DNA of 64,000 nt from an uncultured Flavobacteriales bacterium (GTDB lineage: Bacteria > Bacteroidota > Bacteroidia > Flavobacteriales_D > CAJJDF01), in NCBI GenBank assembly GCA_937129365.1, contig CAKZNB010000033.1, positions 4,754 through 68,753 on the forward strand, read 5' to 3'. The position numbers and the translations under genes are program-made. Below, piece by piece: positions 21,001-30,734 of the stretch; position 1 is the stretch's first letter; each line of letters opens with the position of its first letter. The notes under the pieces were generated by a model, which was given only the letters and a program-made list of their open reading frames with translations, searched no databases and was not told the DNA's origin.

Positions 21001-21363
21001 TTGGATCCAATTACTGAAAAAAATGTCTTGAATGTAGGCGATAAAATAATCGTCCGAATAGAAATTGAGGTTGACCGAAACATGGAGTACATCCATATGA
21101 AAGATATGCGAGCTTCTGGTTTTGAACCGATTAATGTAATTTCTCGTTACAAATGGCAAGATGGTTTGGGCTATTACGAAAGCACAAAAGACGCATCTAC
21201 CGATTTCTTTATGGATTACTTACCAAGAGGAACTTATGTGTTTGAATATCCTCTGAGAGCTTCTCAAAAAGGAAATTTCTCGAATGGAATTACGAGTATT
21301 CAATGTATGTATGCTCCAGAGTTTGGAAGTCATAGTGAAGGAATAAGGGTTGAGGTTAAGTAA
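15064..21363 (+). CDS. Alpha-2-macroglobulin family lipoprotein (thioester-containing, 2099 aa)
   Basis: Lipobox LLVSCS. Thioester CxEQ motif YPYDCAEQTF (CAEQ at 19699-19710). Long run of MG-type beta-sandwich modules plus a C-terminal receptor-binding-like region. Confidence 0.85.
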   Translation: MKSTNYIVVGAIVLLVSCSMFGKKKNKEVTDYQQKEYPVGDNYEALWKQVQEHESNGLPKSALKVVEEIYTLATKEKNVNQIVKSSMYKIKYSHTLEEESYVSAVYQMDSMIATSEAPQKQILHSILAEMYWSYYTRNRWKFNNRTETINFQKQDIRTWSLEDIVRETNTHYKLSLTDENQLQEYSLLSFKELLTNGQNTDSLRPTLYDFLGHRALAYFRNTEPDITKPAYYFQLEEEKWFLPAEEFVELPVSHKDTSSTKLQALKIYQFLTGLHLYKTKNLEALADLELDRLQFIKSYNSVDNGDELYVKGLEALSTKTKKSAYYSQVRFVLAQYYSGQSSNYKKELKNDAKNELYKASKKKAIEIAEEAIKAYPNSYGAINCQNLINTIKSKRIDFVNEEAVIPNQLSKAKLSFTNLTKVYFKVIKLDFDDYRDKRFKNTEERVKYFNSKTTVNTWEINLPNDGMYNPHDVEFEVPKMPAGYYAIVAGTDKNFSYQDNAISISPFWSTNISYITRSGNGGAEITVLDRKTGEPIEGVKGEFFTRNWDYNKRKYITRKVATKFSDKEGYIKLNSPSKSQSVTVNLTKDGDRFDNGNSMYQYRSYGSKIKTQNRGTLFTDRAIYRPNQKVYFKGLAFSQRVNEAKVLAGKKVIVTFFDVNWQKVDSKILTTNEFGTVSGEFLTPQGLINGRMTITMTLDKKQLGTKSFSVEEYKRPKFEVNIDPIEGEYKLDEKIKATGIAKAFAGNMIDGAKVQYRVSRRASFSWWCWYYYGYRPNSTEVEITNGTTVTDENGKFEVDFTAIADKSVNQKYKPTYTYQIDADVTDLNGETRSTTQYVSVGYNSLMMSISVPNELNRNNSEKFTITTTNLNGQKIEAKGRVDVYLLKEKKRLELNNKWENPDLFLMTKEEHDRKFPFEEYGNKSDYELQEEGKEETYSIGFDTKESNEVSFDRLKRWKVGRYQIELISEDKFGNEVKQIQTMTIYDDKSRKIPMNEFFWTKGEKVSGEPGETAVVLVGSKAKNVKMMYEIEHQGKIVEKKWITLNDELKRIEFPIKEKHRGNVSIHLVFVKENHVFMKNYTISVPFTNKALEVTFETFRNKLLPGQKEKWKVNIKGKKGDKVLSEMLASMYDASLDEFASNYYGLNIYSRYYAQRSYNYNQGFGLNNAFLIQEDWYPDYIHVPNKSYYTLNNFGMYNYRYYGNGLRYSRRSKSYAPVMESVAMEEADDEPGSIDKMEKKDIAKMPGRSAGDIAAQVGEGKVSVGNSKNKESNNSSGSDLSQVKARKNFNETAFFFPHLTTNANGDISFEFEMPEALTKWKFMGLAHTKDMRIGTIQKEIITQKDLMVVPNVPRFLREGDKITISSKISNISKRLLTGEAQLFLYDALTNEPIDVKLKNVSKKGLLIHSGHHNDEKSIELEMKANNTISGAKKKFIVKAKQSTSIEWQIEIPFGIQAVKYKIVAQAGNFTDGEENALPVLTNRMLVTESMPLPVKKAGTHTFNFDKLKNSGSSTSLKHHKVSLEYTSNPAWYVVQAMPYMMEYPYDCAEQTFTRFYANSLATHIMNGNPKIKEIVSAWQNESPEAFLSNLEKNQELKAVILEQTPWVLDAKNETENKKRIAQLFDLNKMSGQLSRAMNKLQKMQKSSGGWPWFEGMKESRYITQHVATGMGHLDFLGVKNVRENAKTWRMVKQAIKFLDREIKEDLERVKRYDKNYKENQHINNLQVQYLYARSFFKDIPIPSASREAYDYYLGQSKTYWLKFNNYQQGMIGLANFRIDKNAEVTKKIMASLKERSIVHPELGMYWKGMMDGGYYWYQAPIETQALMIELFDVAGNDQETVNELKTWLLKQKQTTNWKTTKATTEACYALLLNGTDILANDDLAQIKVGNINIAYSGKETATNRVVKSEKGTGYFKTAWSGEEVKPEMGTVTVTKKQDGVSWGALYWQYFEDLDKITPHVTPLKIKKKLFIEKNTEKGKVLDPITEKNVLNVGDKIIVRIEIEVDRNMEYIHMKDMRASGFEPINVISRYKWQDGLGYYESTKDASTDFFMDYLPRGTYVFEYPLRASQKGNFSNGITSIQCMYAPEFGSHSEGIRVEVK

Positions 21364-21400
21364 AATCTAAGTTCTAACTTCTAAAACAAAACAATTATCT

Positions 21401-21408
21401 TATTTTTG
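21401..21408 (+). promoter_or_regulatory. Candidate Bacteroidota -7 promoter box (TAnnTTTG) for alaS
   Basis: TATTTTTG lies 15 nt upstream of the alaS ATG. Confidence 0.4.
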
Positions 21409-21422
21409 TTCATTATTAGTAA

Positions 21423-24092
21423 ATGACAAGAATGACTGCAAAGGAAATACGCCAGCAATACAAAGATTTTTTTGAATCGAAAGGACATAAAATAGTGGAT
21501 TCTGCCCCAATCGTGGTAAAGAATGACCCTACTTTGATGTTCAATAATGCAGGGATGAATCAATTCAAAGATTTGTTTTTGGGGAACAAAGAAATCAAAG
21601 ATGCTCGTGTTGCCAATTCTCAAAAATGTTTGAGAGTTTCTGGAAAACATAACGATTTAGAAGAAGTAGGTGTAGATACTTATCACCATACTATGTTTGA
21701 AATGTTAGGAAATTGGTCGTTTGGAGATTATTTTAAAAAAGAAGCAATTGAGTGGGCTTGGGAATTATTGACCGAAGTATATAAATTAGATAAAAACAGA
21801 TTATACGTAACGGTTTTTGAAGGAGATAAAGGAGACAACTTAGGATTAGATCAAGAAGCAAAAGATATTTGGAGTGGAATAGTTGAGGACGACAAAATTA
21901 TTTTAGCTGATAAAAAAGATAATTTTTGGGAGATGGGAGAAGTAGGCCCTTGTGGACCTTGCTCAGAAATCCATATTGATTTACGTGACCAAGAAGAAAT
22001 TGATAAAGTAGGAGGAAGAGAATTGGTAAATGAAGATCATCCGCAAGTGGTGGAAATTTGGAATTTAGTATTCATGCAATACAACCGTATCAAAGATGGT
22101 TCTTTGCATCCGTTGCCGGCTCAGCATGTTGATACCGGTATGGGATTTGAGCGATTGGCAATGGCAATGCAAGGCAAAAAATCGAATTATGATACTGATG
22201 TGTTTTCTCCATTGATTCAAGAAATAGAAAAAATTGCAGAAAAGAAATACCTTGAAGGCGAGGGACATTCGGAAGAACAAACCAAAACTAATATAGCGAT
22301 TCGTGTAATTGCTGATCACATCAGAACATTGGCTTTTGCTATAGCAGATGGACAATTGCCATCTAATACTGGAGCAGGTTATGTAATTCGTAGAATACTG
22401 AGAAGAGCTGTGCGATATGGTTACCAAGTTTTGGGATTAAAAGAACCATTTTTTCATAAATTGGTTGAGGTGTTGGCAAATGAAATGGGAGATGCTTTTC
22501 CAGAATTAATTGCTCAAAAGGATTTGTGTACCAAAGTGATAAAAGAAGAGGAAATTTCTTTTTATAGAACGCTTGAGCAAGGAATTAAGCGAATGGATGA
22601 CTTGATGAGAACTCATAAGTCAACCAAAAAAATAGATTGTAAAGATACGTTTGAACTCTACGATACTTATGGATTTCCTTTTGATTTAACGGCTTTGATT
22701 GCTCATGAAAATGGATTTGAAGTAAGCGAAGAAGAATTTGAAGTATGCCTACAAGAGCAAAAAGACAGAAGTAAAAGTGCTTCTAAAATGGATACTTCGG
22801 ATTGGGTAGTGTTAAAAGATGATGATGTACAAGAGTTTATTGGATATGATACTACCGATACGAGTGTGTACATAACCCGTTACCGAAAAGTAAAAGCCAA
22901 GAATAAAGAGTTTTATCAGTTGGTTTTTAATTTCACTCCTTTTTATGCCGAAGGAGGAGGACAAGTGGGTGATACAGGATTTATTGAATCGGAAAAGGAA
23001 AAAGTGTTTATTACAAACACTAAACAAGAAGATGGATTAATTCTTCATTATTCTGATAAATTACCTGAACAGCTAACTCTGATGTTTCATGCAGTGGTAG
23101 ATGCAAAAAAACGTGAGTTGACGGCTAATAATCATTCTGCTACGCACTTGCTTCATAAGGCTTTGCAAGATGTATTTGGTGAGCATGTAGAACAAAAAGG
23201 TTCGTTGGTAAATGAAAAACATTTACGATTCGATTTTTCACATTTTAGTAAAGTAACGGATGAAGAATTGGGTGAAATAGAAGCGAGAGTAAATGCAGAA
23301 ATTAGAAAAGACATTCACTTGAATGAAATGCGAAATACTCCTATGAAAAAAGCCCAAGAATTAGGAGCAAAAGCTCTTTTTGGAGAAAAATATGGAGATT
23401 TGGTAAGAGTGATTCAATTTGGAGATTCTATCGAATTATGTGGAGGAATTCATGCTACTTCTACAGGTAAAATTGGTTTGTTCAAAGTGATTTCTGAAAG
23501 CTCAATTGCATCAGGGATTAGAAGAATTGAAGCTATAACTTCTGAGGCAGCGGACAAATTTGTGAATGATAAAATAGAGTTGGTTCATGAATTGAATGTA
23601 ATGCTAAAAGCTCCTAAAGATTTGAAACTGGCTGTAGAAGAATTATTAAAGAAAAATTCAGCCCAAGCTAAAGAAATTGAGAAACTCAAAGCTGCTCAGG
23701 CTGGAAACTTGAAGGATGATTTAAAAAAGGAAATCACTGAAGTTAACGGAGTTAATTTCTTAGCGAAGAAAGTAGATTTGGATCCAAAAGGAATTAAAAC
23801 TATTGCTTTTCAGTTAAAGGCTGAAATGGATAATCTATTTTTGGTTTTGTGCAATGAGGCGAATGGAAAAGCTAATATTACCATTTTAGTTTCTGAAGAA
23901 TTATCAAAAGCCAAAGACCTACACGCAGGAAACATTGTGCGAGAACTAGCCAAAGAAATAAACGGAGGAGGAGGAGGACAACCTTTCTTTGCTTCTGCGG
24001 GGGGTAGAAATCCTAGTGGGATTGGGAAGGTATTAGAAATCGCGAAAAATTATATAAAAATTAAACAATCTAATAATGAAAAACCTAATTAA
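21423..24092 (+). CDS. alaS: Alanine--tRNA ligase
   Basis: Class II AlaRS motifs ([31 protein letters not shown]), editing-domain HSATHLL and C-terminal DHHA1 [14 protein letters not shown]. The 3' tail overlaps the next gene by 17 nt. Confidence 0.95.
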   Translation: MTRMTAKEIRQQYKDFFESKGHKIVDSAPIVVKNDPTLMFNNAGMNQFKDLFLGNKEIKDARVANSQKCLRVSGKHNDLEEVGVDTYHHTMFEMLGNWSFGDYFKKEAIEWAWELLTEVYKLDKNRLYVTVFEGDKGDNLGLDQEAKDIWSGIVEDDKIILADKKDNFWEMGEVGPCGPCSEIHIDLRDQEEIDKVGGRELVNEDHPQVVEIWNLVFMQYNRIKDGSLHPLPAQHVDTGMGFERLAMAMQGKKSNYDTDVFSPLIQEIEKIAEKKYLEGEGHSEEQTKTNIAIRVIADHIRTLAFAIADGQLPSNTGAGYVIRRILRRAVRYGYQVLGLKEPFFHKLVEVLANEMGDAFPELIAQKDLCTKVIKEEEISFYRTLEQGIKRMDDLMRTHKSTKKIDCKDTFELYDTYGFPFDLTALIAHENGFEVSEEEFEVCLQEQKDRSKSASKMDTSDWVVLKDDDVQEFIGYDTTDTSVYITRYRKVKAKNKEFYQLVFNFTPFYAEGGGQVGDTGFIESEKEKVFITNTKQEDGLILHYSDKLPEQLTLMFHAVVDAKKRELTANNHSATHLLHKALQDVFGEHVEQKGSLVNEKHLRFDFSHFSKVTDEELGEIEARVNAEIRKDIHLNEMRNTPMKKAQELGAKALFGEKYGDLVRVIQFGDSIELCGGIHATSTGKIGLFKVISESSIASGIRRIEAITSEAADKFVNDKIELVHELNVMLKAPKDLKLAVEELLKKNSAQAKEIEKLKAAQAGNLKDDLKKEITEVNGVNFLAKKVDLDPKGIKTIAFQLKAEMDNLFLVLCNEANGKANITILVSEELSKAKDLHAGNIVRELAKEINGGGGGQPFFASAGGRNPSGIGKVLEIAKNYIKIKQSNNEKPN

Positions 24093-26817
24093 CATACTAT
24101 TGATTTTGGTAACATCTATGTTATTTACTAAATCTTTTTCACAGAACACCTATGTTCCAGATGATAACTTTGAACAAGCACTCATTAATTTAGGCTATGA
24201 TACTTTACCTTTGAATGATTCGGTACCTACTGCTAATATCAGTACCATCAAAAGATTATTTGTTTCCTATCGAGGGATTGTTAATTTTACTGGGATTGAA
24301 GATTTTACTGTCTTAGATACACTAATTTGCACTAGTCCAAATGATACTATATTGAAGTTAGATTTATCGAGTAATTTGGCATTACTCTATTTGAGATTAG
24401 GAGGAAGTCATCTTGACAGTTTGGATATAACTAATAATACTTCACTTAAATACCTTAATATCCAGTCTACTAAACTGAAAAGTATTAATTTATCCAACAA
24501 TACCGCATTACAATACTTATATATTGATAATAATTTTTTAGATAGTATAGACTTATCTAATAATATTAATTTGACTCATTTAAATATTGCTAATAATATA
24601 TTGCTTGATAGTTTGGATGTTTCAAATAATACTAATCTGATTTACCTAAAATGTACAAATGACTCTTTAAAATCACTAAATATTTCAAATAATTTGTTGC
24701 TAAGAGAATTATATTGTGATAGAAATAATTTGGATACTTTAGATTTATCTAATAATGATTCATTACGTAAAATTGCTTGTCAACTAAACCAATTGACTTC
24801 TTTAAATACAAGCAATTTATTAAAATTACAATCTTTTAATTGCTCACATAATCAAATAAATAATCTTGATGTGTCGCAAAACAATAATTTGATAACGATA
24901 TTTTGTGCTTATAACTCATTAAGTGATTTAAATTTAGCAAATAGCAATAATATAAATATAGTTAGTTTTAATAGTTTTGGAAATCCATCACTTAGATGTA
25001 TAAAGGTTGATAGCGTGAGGCATTCAGCAGCAAATTGGTTTAGCAAGGATTCTTTATCATATTTTTCAATTGATTGTTCAATACCCTTAGGATCAAAAAC
25101 ATATATACCAGACAATAATTTTGAATTGTACTTAAATCAAATTGGCTTAGATAATGGAGGTATGGATGATAGTATAGTAACTGCAGCTATTGATACTGTA
25201 ACTTATCTAACTATTATTTATAAAAATATTAGTTCTTTAAAAGGAATAGAAGATTTTGATTCTCTTGAATATCTAAATTGTACAAGAAACCTTTTAACTG
25301 ATTTAGATGTAACTCAAAATACTAAGTTGACTTATTTAAATTTTATGTGGCAACAAATTGATAGCATAGATTTATCAAATAATGTATTAATTGATACATT
25401 AATTTGTAGATGGAATCAATTAACTGAGTTAGATTTATCTGCTAATGTAAATCTTGAGTACCTTGACTGTGGAGGTAATTTAATTGACACATTAGATTTA
25501 GTAAACAATCCTCAACTATCATATTTAAAAATTAATGATAATCAAATTGATGGACTTTTAGATTTATCAAATAATAATAAAATTAATTTTATTTGGGGCG
25601 ATAATAATTTAATAGATAGTATCAATCTTCAAAACTGTACTGATATAGATTGGATTCAATTTAATTGGAATGAATTAACAAGTTTAAATGTATCAAATAA
25701 TTCTAAACTTAGAATTCTCACTTGTCACAGTAATGATATAGTTCATTTAGACGTTTCAAAAAATCCTCTTTTGACTCAATTAAGTTGTATAGGGAATCAA
25801 CTTGTTAGCTTGAATGCCAATAACGGAAATAAAAACTTTAATGCGATGTCAGCTCATTCTAATCCAAGCTTAAGTTGTATTCAAGTAAATGATACAAGTT
25901 TTGCAAGAGCAAATTGGTCTCATTTAATGAGTCCATCGGTTTTCAATTTAAACTGTGGATTTGTAAGAAGAAATACAGTTGATTCGACAAGTTGTAATAA
26001 CTACATACTTCCTTCTGGATTAGTATTAACAAATGATACTATTTTCTACTTGGATACAATAAAAACCTCAAGTGGACTAAATGATAGCATTATCGATGTA
26101 TTAAACTTTACTAAAGACACGATTCGGGATACTCTTAACCAAGTTTCTTTTCTTACTTATATTTCACCAAGCGGAATAGTATTAACTTCAGACTCTACAG
26201 GTTTTATGGATACAATAGTTAATTCAAGTGGATGTGTGACAATTAGCACAATTAATTTAACTATCAATACTTGCAGAGCAGAATACAGTAAAACTCAACC
26301 TACACCCGGACAAGTTACTCTTATTGATTCTACAGTTGGAAATAATTTAAAATACACTTGGTATTTTGGGGATGGTGATAGCTCAACAACAATGCTTCCG
26401 ACTCATAATTACGCCTCAGCAGGAACTTATAATGTTTGCTTAAAAATTATAGATATAGTTGGTGGCTGTACAGATATTTATTGTGATTCTATCACAGTAG
26501 ATTCATTGGGGATTTTAAGAAACGCTTGGGTGTTAAAAGTGATAAGAAATTATGTTTCTGTGGATAAACCAGAACAAATAATAGATAATGTTAGAGTATA
26601 TCCAAACCCAAACAACGGTAGCTTTACATTATACCTAGACAAAGAAATTTTGTTGAATCAAATTTTTATTACTGATATTAACGGAAGAATAGTAAAAGAA
26701 ATAATCCCTCAAAACATTCCTAAACAGAAAATTAATTTTGATGGAAGTAGTGGGGTTTATTTTATAAGATTGATTACCTCCGAAGGAAATAGAGCCTTAA
26801 GATTAATTAAACAATAG
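24076..26817 (+). CDS. Leucine-rich-repeat protein with a PKD domain and a T9SS C-terminal sorting domain
   Basis: Two LRR blocks, each opening with TY[VI]PD[DN]NFE and containing many LDLSNN-type repeats. PKD signature WYFGDGDSS...[13 protein letters not shown]. The CTD has [12 protein letters not shown]...GVYFIRL. Confidence 0.85.
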   Translation: MKNLINILLILVTSMLFTKSFSQNTYVPDDNFEQALINLGYDTLPLNDSVPTANISTIKRLFVSYRGIVNFTGIEDFTVLDTLICTSPNDTILKLDLSSNLALLYLRLGGSHLDSLDITNNTSLKYLNIQSTKLKSINLSNNTALQYLYIDNNFLDSIDLSNNINLTHLNIANNILLDSLDVSNNTNLIYLKCTNDSLKSLNISNNLLLRELYCDRNNLDTLDLSNNDSLRKIACQLNQLTSLNTSNLLKLQSFNCSHNQINNLDVSQNNNLITIFCAYNSLSDLNLANSNNINIVSFNSFGNPSLRCIKVDSVRHSAANWFSKDSLSYFSIDCSIPLGSKTYIPDNNFELYLNQIGLDNGGMDDSIVTAAIDTVTYLTIIYKNISSLKGIEDFDSLEYLNCTRNLLTDLDVTQNTKLTYLNFMWQQIDSIDLSNNVLIDTLICRWNQLTELDLSANVNLEYLDCGGNLIDTLDLVNNPQLSYLKINDNQIDGLLDLSNNNKINFIWGDNNLIDSINLQNCTDIDWIQFNWNELTSLNVSNNSKLRILTCHSNDIVHLDVSKNPLLTQLSCIGNQLVSLNANNGNKNFNAMSAHSNPSLSCIQVNDTSFARANWSHLMSPSVFNLNCGFVRRNTVDSTSCNNYILPSGLVLTNDTIFYLDTIKTSSGLNDSIIDVLNFTKDTIRDTLNQVSFLTYISPSGIVLTSDSTGFMDTIVNSSGCVTISTINLTINTCRAEYSKTQPTPGQVTLIDSTVGNNLKYTWYFGDGDSSTTMLPTHNYASAGTYNVCLKIIDIVGGCTDIYCDSITVDSLGILRNAWVLKVIRNYVSVDKPEQIIDNVRVYPNPNNGSFTLYLDKEILLNQIFITDINGRIVKEIIPQNIPKQKINFDGSSGVYFIRLITSEGNRALRLIKQ

Positions 26818-26987
26818 TTTCCGAAGAATTATCAAAAGCTAAAGACCTACACGCAGGAAATATAGTTCGAGAACTTGCCAAAGAAATCAACGGAGGAGGA
26901 GGACAGCCTTTCTTTGCTTCTGCTGGTGGTAGTAATCCAAGTGGGATTGGGAAGGTGTTGGAGTTGGCTGGAGGGTATATTTCATAG
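26817..26987 (+). pseudogene. Orphan duplicate of the alaS 3' end (56 codons plus stop, frame intact, no start)
   Basis: Translates to [56 protein letters not shown]. About 85-90% nucleotide identity by eye to alaS 23889-24056. Confidence 0.8.
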
Positions 26988-27071
26988 ATCTATTGTTAAC
27001 AACCCAAAATCAACCTTTGTAAGTTAAGTTGTATTTCTTCGTATAATTAGTAAATCAAAAAACTAACACTT

Positions 27072-27455
27072 ATGAAAACACTTACATTAGTATTAAGAAT
27101 TTTATTGGGAGCAGGAATGTTATTTTTCGGGCTCAACAAATTTTTCCATTGGTTTGATCCAAATGACGGAGCAATGCCACCTGAAGAAATGATAACCTTT
27201 TTTAAGGGAATGGAAGCTTCACAATATTTAATGCCCTTAGTTGCAATAGTTGAAATCGTAACAGGAATACTACTTTTAGTAAATAAATTCGTTCCTTTGG
27301 CCTTAGTAATTTTATTGCCTGTAATGCTTAACGCAATGCTGGTTCATGCATTTATGGATCCTGCACATATTGTAGGAGCTGGAGTATTTTTATTCTTGAA
27401 TATCTTTCTGATGTTTCAGAACAGAGAGGCTTATAAAGGAATGCTGAAAGCTTAA
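27072..27455 (+). CDS. DoxX-family membrane protein
   Basis: Four hydrophobic helices and the N-terminal pattern RILLGAGMLFFGLNKF. Confidence 0.65.
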   Translation: MKTLTLVLRILLGAGMLFFGLNKFFHWFDPNDGAMPPEEMITFFKGMEASQYLMPLVAIVEIVTGILLLVNKFVPLALVILLPVMLNAMLVHAFMDPAHIVGAGVFLFLNIFLMFQNREAYKGMLKA

Positions 27456-27474
27456 ACCGTTTTAATTTATATCA

Positions 27475-27508
27475 AAGCCGTTTTAACAATTTGTTGGAAC
27501 GGCTTTTT
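27475..27508. terminator. Bidirectional hairpin terminator between convergent genes
   Basis: AAAGCCGTT ... AACGGCTTT stem flanked by a T-run on plus and an A-run on minus. Confidence 0.6.
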
Positions 27509-27803
27509 ATAGTTCAAACTTCCTCTGCATACTCCAAGCCTCAGCCTTGGCAGAGAAGAGAGGTTTCACTGTTTTCCAAACTTTAATGAATAATTCAGAA
27601 TCTCTGTAGGCAGCTAAATCTTCTTCTGATTGCCAATAACTATAGGTCATTACCACATTAGAATATCTTCCTTTTTCTTGTAAAAGTTCCAGTTTTTCAC
27701 ATCCTTTTCTTTCACGGATTAACTCCATGTGAGATTCGTAAATTGATTTAAATTCATCAATTTTATCTGGATGTATAGTTAGCTTTACAATACGAATTAG
27801 CAT
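27507..27803 (-). CDS. Antibiotic-biosynthesis-monooxygenase (ABM/Dabb) domain protein
   Basis: About 98 aa with a ferredoxin-like pattern: IRIVKLTIHPDKIDEF ... WQSEEDLAAYRDSELF. Confidence 0.55.
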   Translation of the reverse strand: MLIRIVKLTIHPDKIDEFKSIYESHMELIRERKGCEKLELLQEKGRYSNVVMTYSYWQSEEDLAAYRDSELFIKVWKTVKPLFSAKAEAWSMQRKFEL

Positions 27804-27808
27804 GGAGA

Positions 27809-28606
27809 TTATTTATTAAAGGTAACTGTTACAATTTCATCTTCTTTCAATCCCAAAAGTTGTGAAGCACTTCCTCCATAGCCTTCAACACCTCTGTTAA
27901 TGGCTATTTCGAGATTTCCCATTGTGTTAAATAAAGCTAATTTTATTCCGTCTCCTACATCCGAATAGGTTTGGCTCAATTCATTTACTTCGTAGTTTCT
28001 GAAACCAATACTGAACCTTCTGTTTTTACCAATTTCTTTAAATAATTTTTTTGTAATATTGGTTATTGCGTTCCCATAAGAATCTATATGAACCACAGAT
28101 CCACGAATAAAGAATTCTTGAGTTTGTGGAATTGGTTTTTGGAAAGAAGCAATTTTATCAATTTTTCTTCCAATAATTTCAGGAGTTCCACCTCTAGCTA
28201 TATGACAAGCAGCTTTTGCAAAAATATCACGAGTAGGAAAAGTCAATACATTGGTGTCAATATCGATATTAAGCTCGTAAAAATTGTTAGGAGGAATATC
28301 ATAAATCAGAGAAAACAATCCATTATCAGACCCAATAAAATAATGCCCTCTGTATTCCATTAAAATAGCTTGCCTAGAAGTAGAAATACCAGAGTCTACA
28401 CTAACAATGTGTATTGTGCCAGCAGGAAAGTTTTCGAAAGTATTTTTTAGAGTATAAGCCGCATTTCTGATGTCAAAAATCTTAATCTGATTAGTGATGT
28501 CAACAATGGTTACATCGTCATTCAATGCACTAATAATACTGCCTTTTACTGCCGAAACGTAATAATCCTCTATTCCAAGGTCGGTTGTTAAAGTAATTAT
28601 AGCCAT
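27809..28606 (-). CDS. SAM hydrolase / SAM-dependent halogenase family protein (DUF62, S-adenosyl-L-methionine hydroxide adenosyltransferase)
   Basis: N-terminal ITLTTDLGIEDYYVSAVKG, plus DSYGNAITNI and the overall length. Confidence 0.75.
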   Translation of the reverse strand: MAIITLTTDLGIEDYYVSAVKGSIISALNDDVTIVDITNQIKIFDIRNAAYTLKNTFENFPAGTIHIVSVDSGISTSRQAILMEYRGHYFIGSDNGLFSLIYDIPPNNFYELNIDIDTNVLTFPTRDIFAKAACHIARGGTPEIIGRKIDKIASFQKPIPQTQEFFIRGSVVHIDSYGNAITNITKKLFKEIGKNRRFSIGFRNYEVNELSQTYSDVGDGIKLALFNTMGNLEIAINRGVEGYGGSASQLLGLKEDEIVTVTFNK

Positions 28607-28724
28607 TGTATGATTGTCTCCTTTTCTTACTCAAAATTAAGAATTAAATAGAGGTTTTAGATAATTTATCTCGAAATTATTTATATTTATTAAACGAACT
28701 ACTTATCTATTAATAAAAGAACAT

Positions 28725-29660
28725 TTGACAGAAAGAACTTACACAATTTCCGATATAGAACCTCTTGATTTACTTGGAGTTAACAACAGTATCCTAAAAG
28801 TACTAAAAGAAAGATTTCCGCAATTGAAAATTGTTTCAAGAGGAAGAACACTAAAATTTATTGGCGAAGAAGCTGACTTAGATTTATTTGAAGAAAAAAT
28901 AAATTTGATGGTTACCTATTTTCTTAAATACAATTCTTTATCAGAAGGAGATTTGGAAAATATATTAGGAGAAAATGGAAAGGATACAGTCAAAGACACC
29001 AAAGGTGATACAGTAATTGTTCATTCAAATACGGGTAAAAAAATTGTTGCTCGTACTCATAATCAACGAAAATTAGTTGAGGCTAGTTTCAAAAATGATA
29101 TTGTTTTTTCGGTTGGCCCAGCAGGAACAGGAAAAACCTATACGGCTGTTGCTTTGGCAGTTAGAGCATTAAAAAACAAAGAAGTTCGTAAAATTATATT
29201 GACGCGTCCTGCAGTAGAGGCAGGGGAGAACCTTGGGTTTTTACCAGGAGATTTAAAAGAAAAATTAGATCCGTATTTGCAACCTCTGTATGATGCATTA
29301 CGAGATATGATTCCTGCAGAAAAATTGGAAGATTATATAGAAAATAATGTAGTTCAAATTGCTCCCATTGCATTTATGAGAGGGCGAACCTTAGACAATG
29401 CTTTTGTGATATTGGATGAAGCTCAAAATGCTACCGAAGGACAAATAAAAATGTTTCTTACCCGAATGGGGAAGAGTGCAAAGTTCATTATAAATGGCGA
29501 TCCATCACAAGTAGATTTACCTCGAAATCAGAATTCTGGATTGATAAAATGTTTGGCAGTTTTAAGAGGTATTGAAGGAATTGCTATTGTAGAATTGGAT
29601 GAAAATGACGTAATTCGCCACCGATTAGTGAAGAAAATTATCAAAGCATTTAAACAATAA
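28725..29660 (+). CDS. phoH: PhoH-family ATPase
   Basis: Walker A GPAGTGKTY, ILTRPAVEAGENLGFLPGD and Walker B FVILDEAQN. TTG start. Confidence 0.9.
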   Translation: MTERTYTISDIEPLDLLGVNNSILKVLKERFPQLKIVSRGRTLKFIGEEADLDLFEEKINLMVTYFLKYNSLSEGDLENILGENGKDTVKDTKGDTVIVHSNTGKKIVARTHNQRKLVEASFKNDIVFSVGPAGTGKTYTAVALAVRALKNKEVRKIILTRPAVEAGENLGFLPGDLKEKLDPYLQPLYDALRDMIPAEKLEDYIENNVVQIAPIAFMRGRTLDNAFVILDEAQNATEGQIKMFLTRMGKSAKFIINGDPSQVDLPRNQNSGLIKCLAVLRGIEGIAIVELDENDVIRHRLVKKIIKAFKQ

Positions 29661-29666
29661 AGTCAA

Positions 29667-30065
29667 ATGAATATAGAAAGCACAAAAACTCAAATTTCTT
29701 ACAATCAGAAAGATGTATACAATTATTTGATGGATTTGAATAATGTGGAACATTTGCTTCCTGAAGGAAAATTTACTGAATGGAAAGGAGAATACGATAG
29801 TTGTTCGTTCAAGATGCAAGGTTTTAGTCTTACATTAAATAAAGATACCTCTGAACCTCACAATGAGATTAAGTTAGTTTCTGGAGCTGATTCACCAATT
29901 GATTTTGATTTGAATATTTACATATCAGAAGTTTCTGAGAAAGAGTCTGAGGCTTTTTTAATTTGTGAAGCACGGGTAAATTCATTTCTTAAAATGATGA
30001 TAGAAAAGCCATTAACGAGTCTTTTTAATCACATGAGTGAGAAATTGAGTAGAGTAGATATGTAA
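29667..30065 (+). CDS. Hypothetical protein (possible SRPBCC-like fold)
   Basis: 132-aa ORF tightly following phoH. No firm motif. Confidence 0.45.
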   Translation: MNIESTKTQISYNQKDVYNYLMDLNNVEHLLPEGKFTEWKGEYDSCSFKMQGFSLTLNKDTSEPHNEIKLVSGADSPIDFDLNIYISEVSEKESEAFLICEARVNSFLKMMIEKPLTSLFNHMSEKLSRVDM

Positions 30066-30734
30066 TTATTTTTTGAGAATAAAATGTGTTTTGTGCTCAG
30101 TGTCTGGCACAAATTTTTTATATTTTTTGTCATAAGTCCTAAATACTTTATCCCATATTGTGATAGTGTTTCCGTAGTTTTTATTCCAATTTCTGTAATG
30201 ATGATAGAGATGGAATTTCTGTATTTTATGTAAATATCCTTTTTTATATTCCTTGTAATGAATTAAATAGTGGATATTTTCGTAGAAAAAATAATAGGTA
30301 ATTGCCCCGAAACTAATCCATGCAGTATAAGTTAAATCCAAAGTAATCAGGAAGAAAAATCCGCTAAACAAAAAGAACAAAGGATAAATCATTAGTAATC
30401 CTGCATTGAGAACTCGATAATCTTTTGGTACAGTGTGGTGATACAAATGAAAAGTTTCAAAAAACCATTTAACTCGTCTGTTTTTAAAATTAATGTGATA
30501 AATCCATCTATGGGTTACGTATTCAAATAAGCTCCAAAAACCTATTCCTATTGATAATAATAGGATTGAAGTCAGCCAGTTAGCATCACCTATTATCAAT
30601 AGCCAAGTTAATAACCCTATAATAGGAAGTAACTTTATTAATACATGAAAAGGATTTTTTGAAGCAAAAAACTGCAATAAAACTGGGCTGGTTGTGGCTA
30701 TATTATGTAATTCACTCTTCTTCATCGCTCTCAA
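30066..30734 (-). CDS. Fatty acid hydroxylase / sterol desaturase superfamily membrane protein
   Basis: Histidine boxes HRWIYH, HLYHH and HLYHHYRN, with multiple TM helices. Confidence 0.75.
   Translation of the reverse strand: MRAMKKSELHNIATTSPVLLQFFASKNPFHVLIKLLPIIGLLTWLLIIGDANWLTSILLLSIGIGFWSLFEYVTHRWIYHINFKNRRVKWFFETFHLYHHTVPKDYRVLNAGLLMIYPLFFLFSGFFFLITLDLTYTAWISFGAITYYFFYENIHYLIHYKEYKKGYLHKIQKFHLYHHYRNWNKNYGNTITIWDKVFRTYDKKYKKFVPDTEHKTHFILKK

Noticed and set aside
23584-23591. Isolated TTCATGAA inside alaS (and another at 62960-62967 at the end of a minus-strand ORF)
   Set aside because: These are single copies with no A-run and no 21-bp partner, lying in coding sequence. That is consistent with chance occurrence.
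24300-25900. Regular repetition with a period of about 66-72 bp that might look like a tandem repeat or CRISPR-like array
   Set aside because: The periodicity corresponds to the 22-24-aa leucine-rich repeats (LDLSNN...L) of a continuous ORF. The repeats are diverged, and there are no invariant repeat / unique spacer units.
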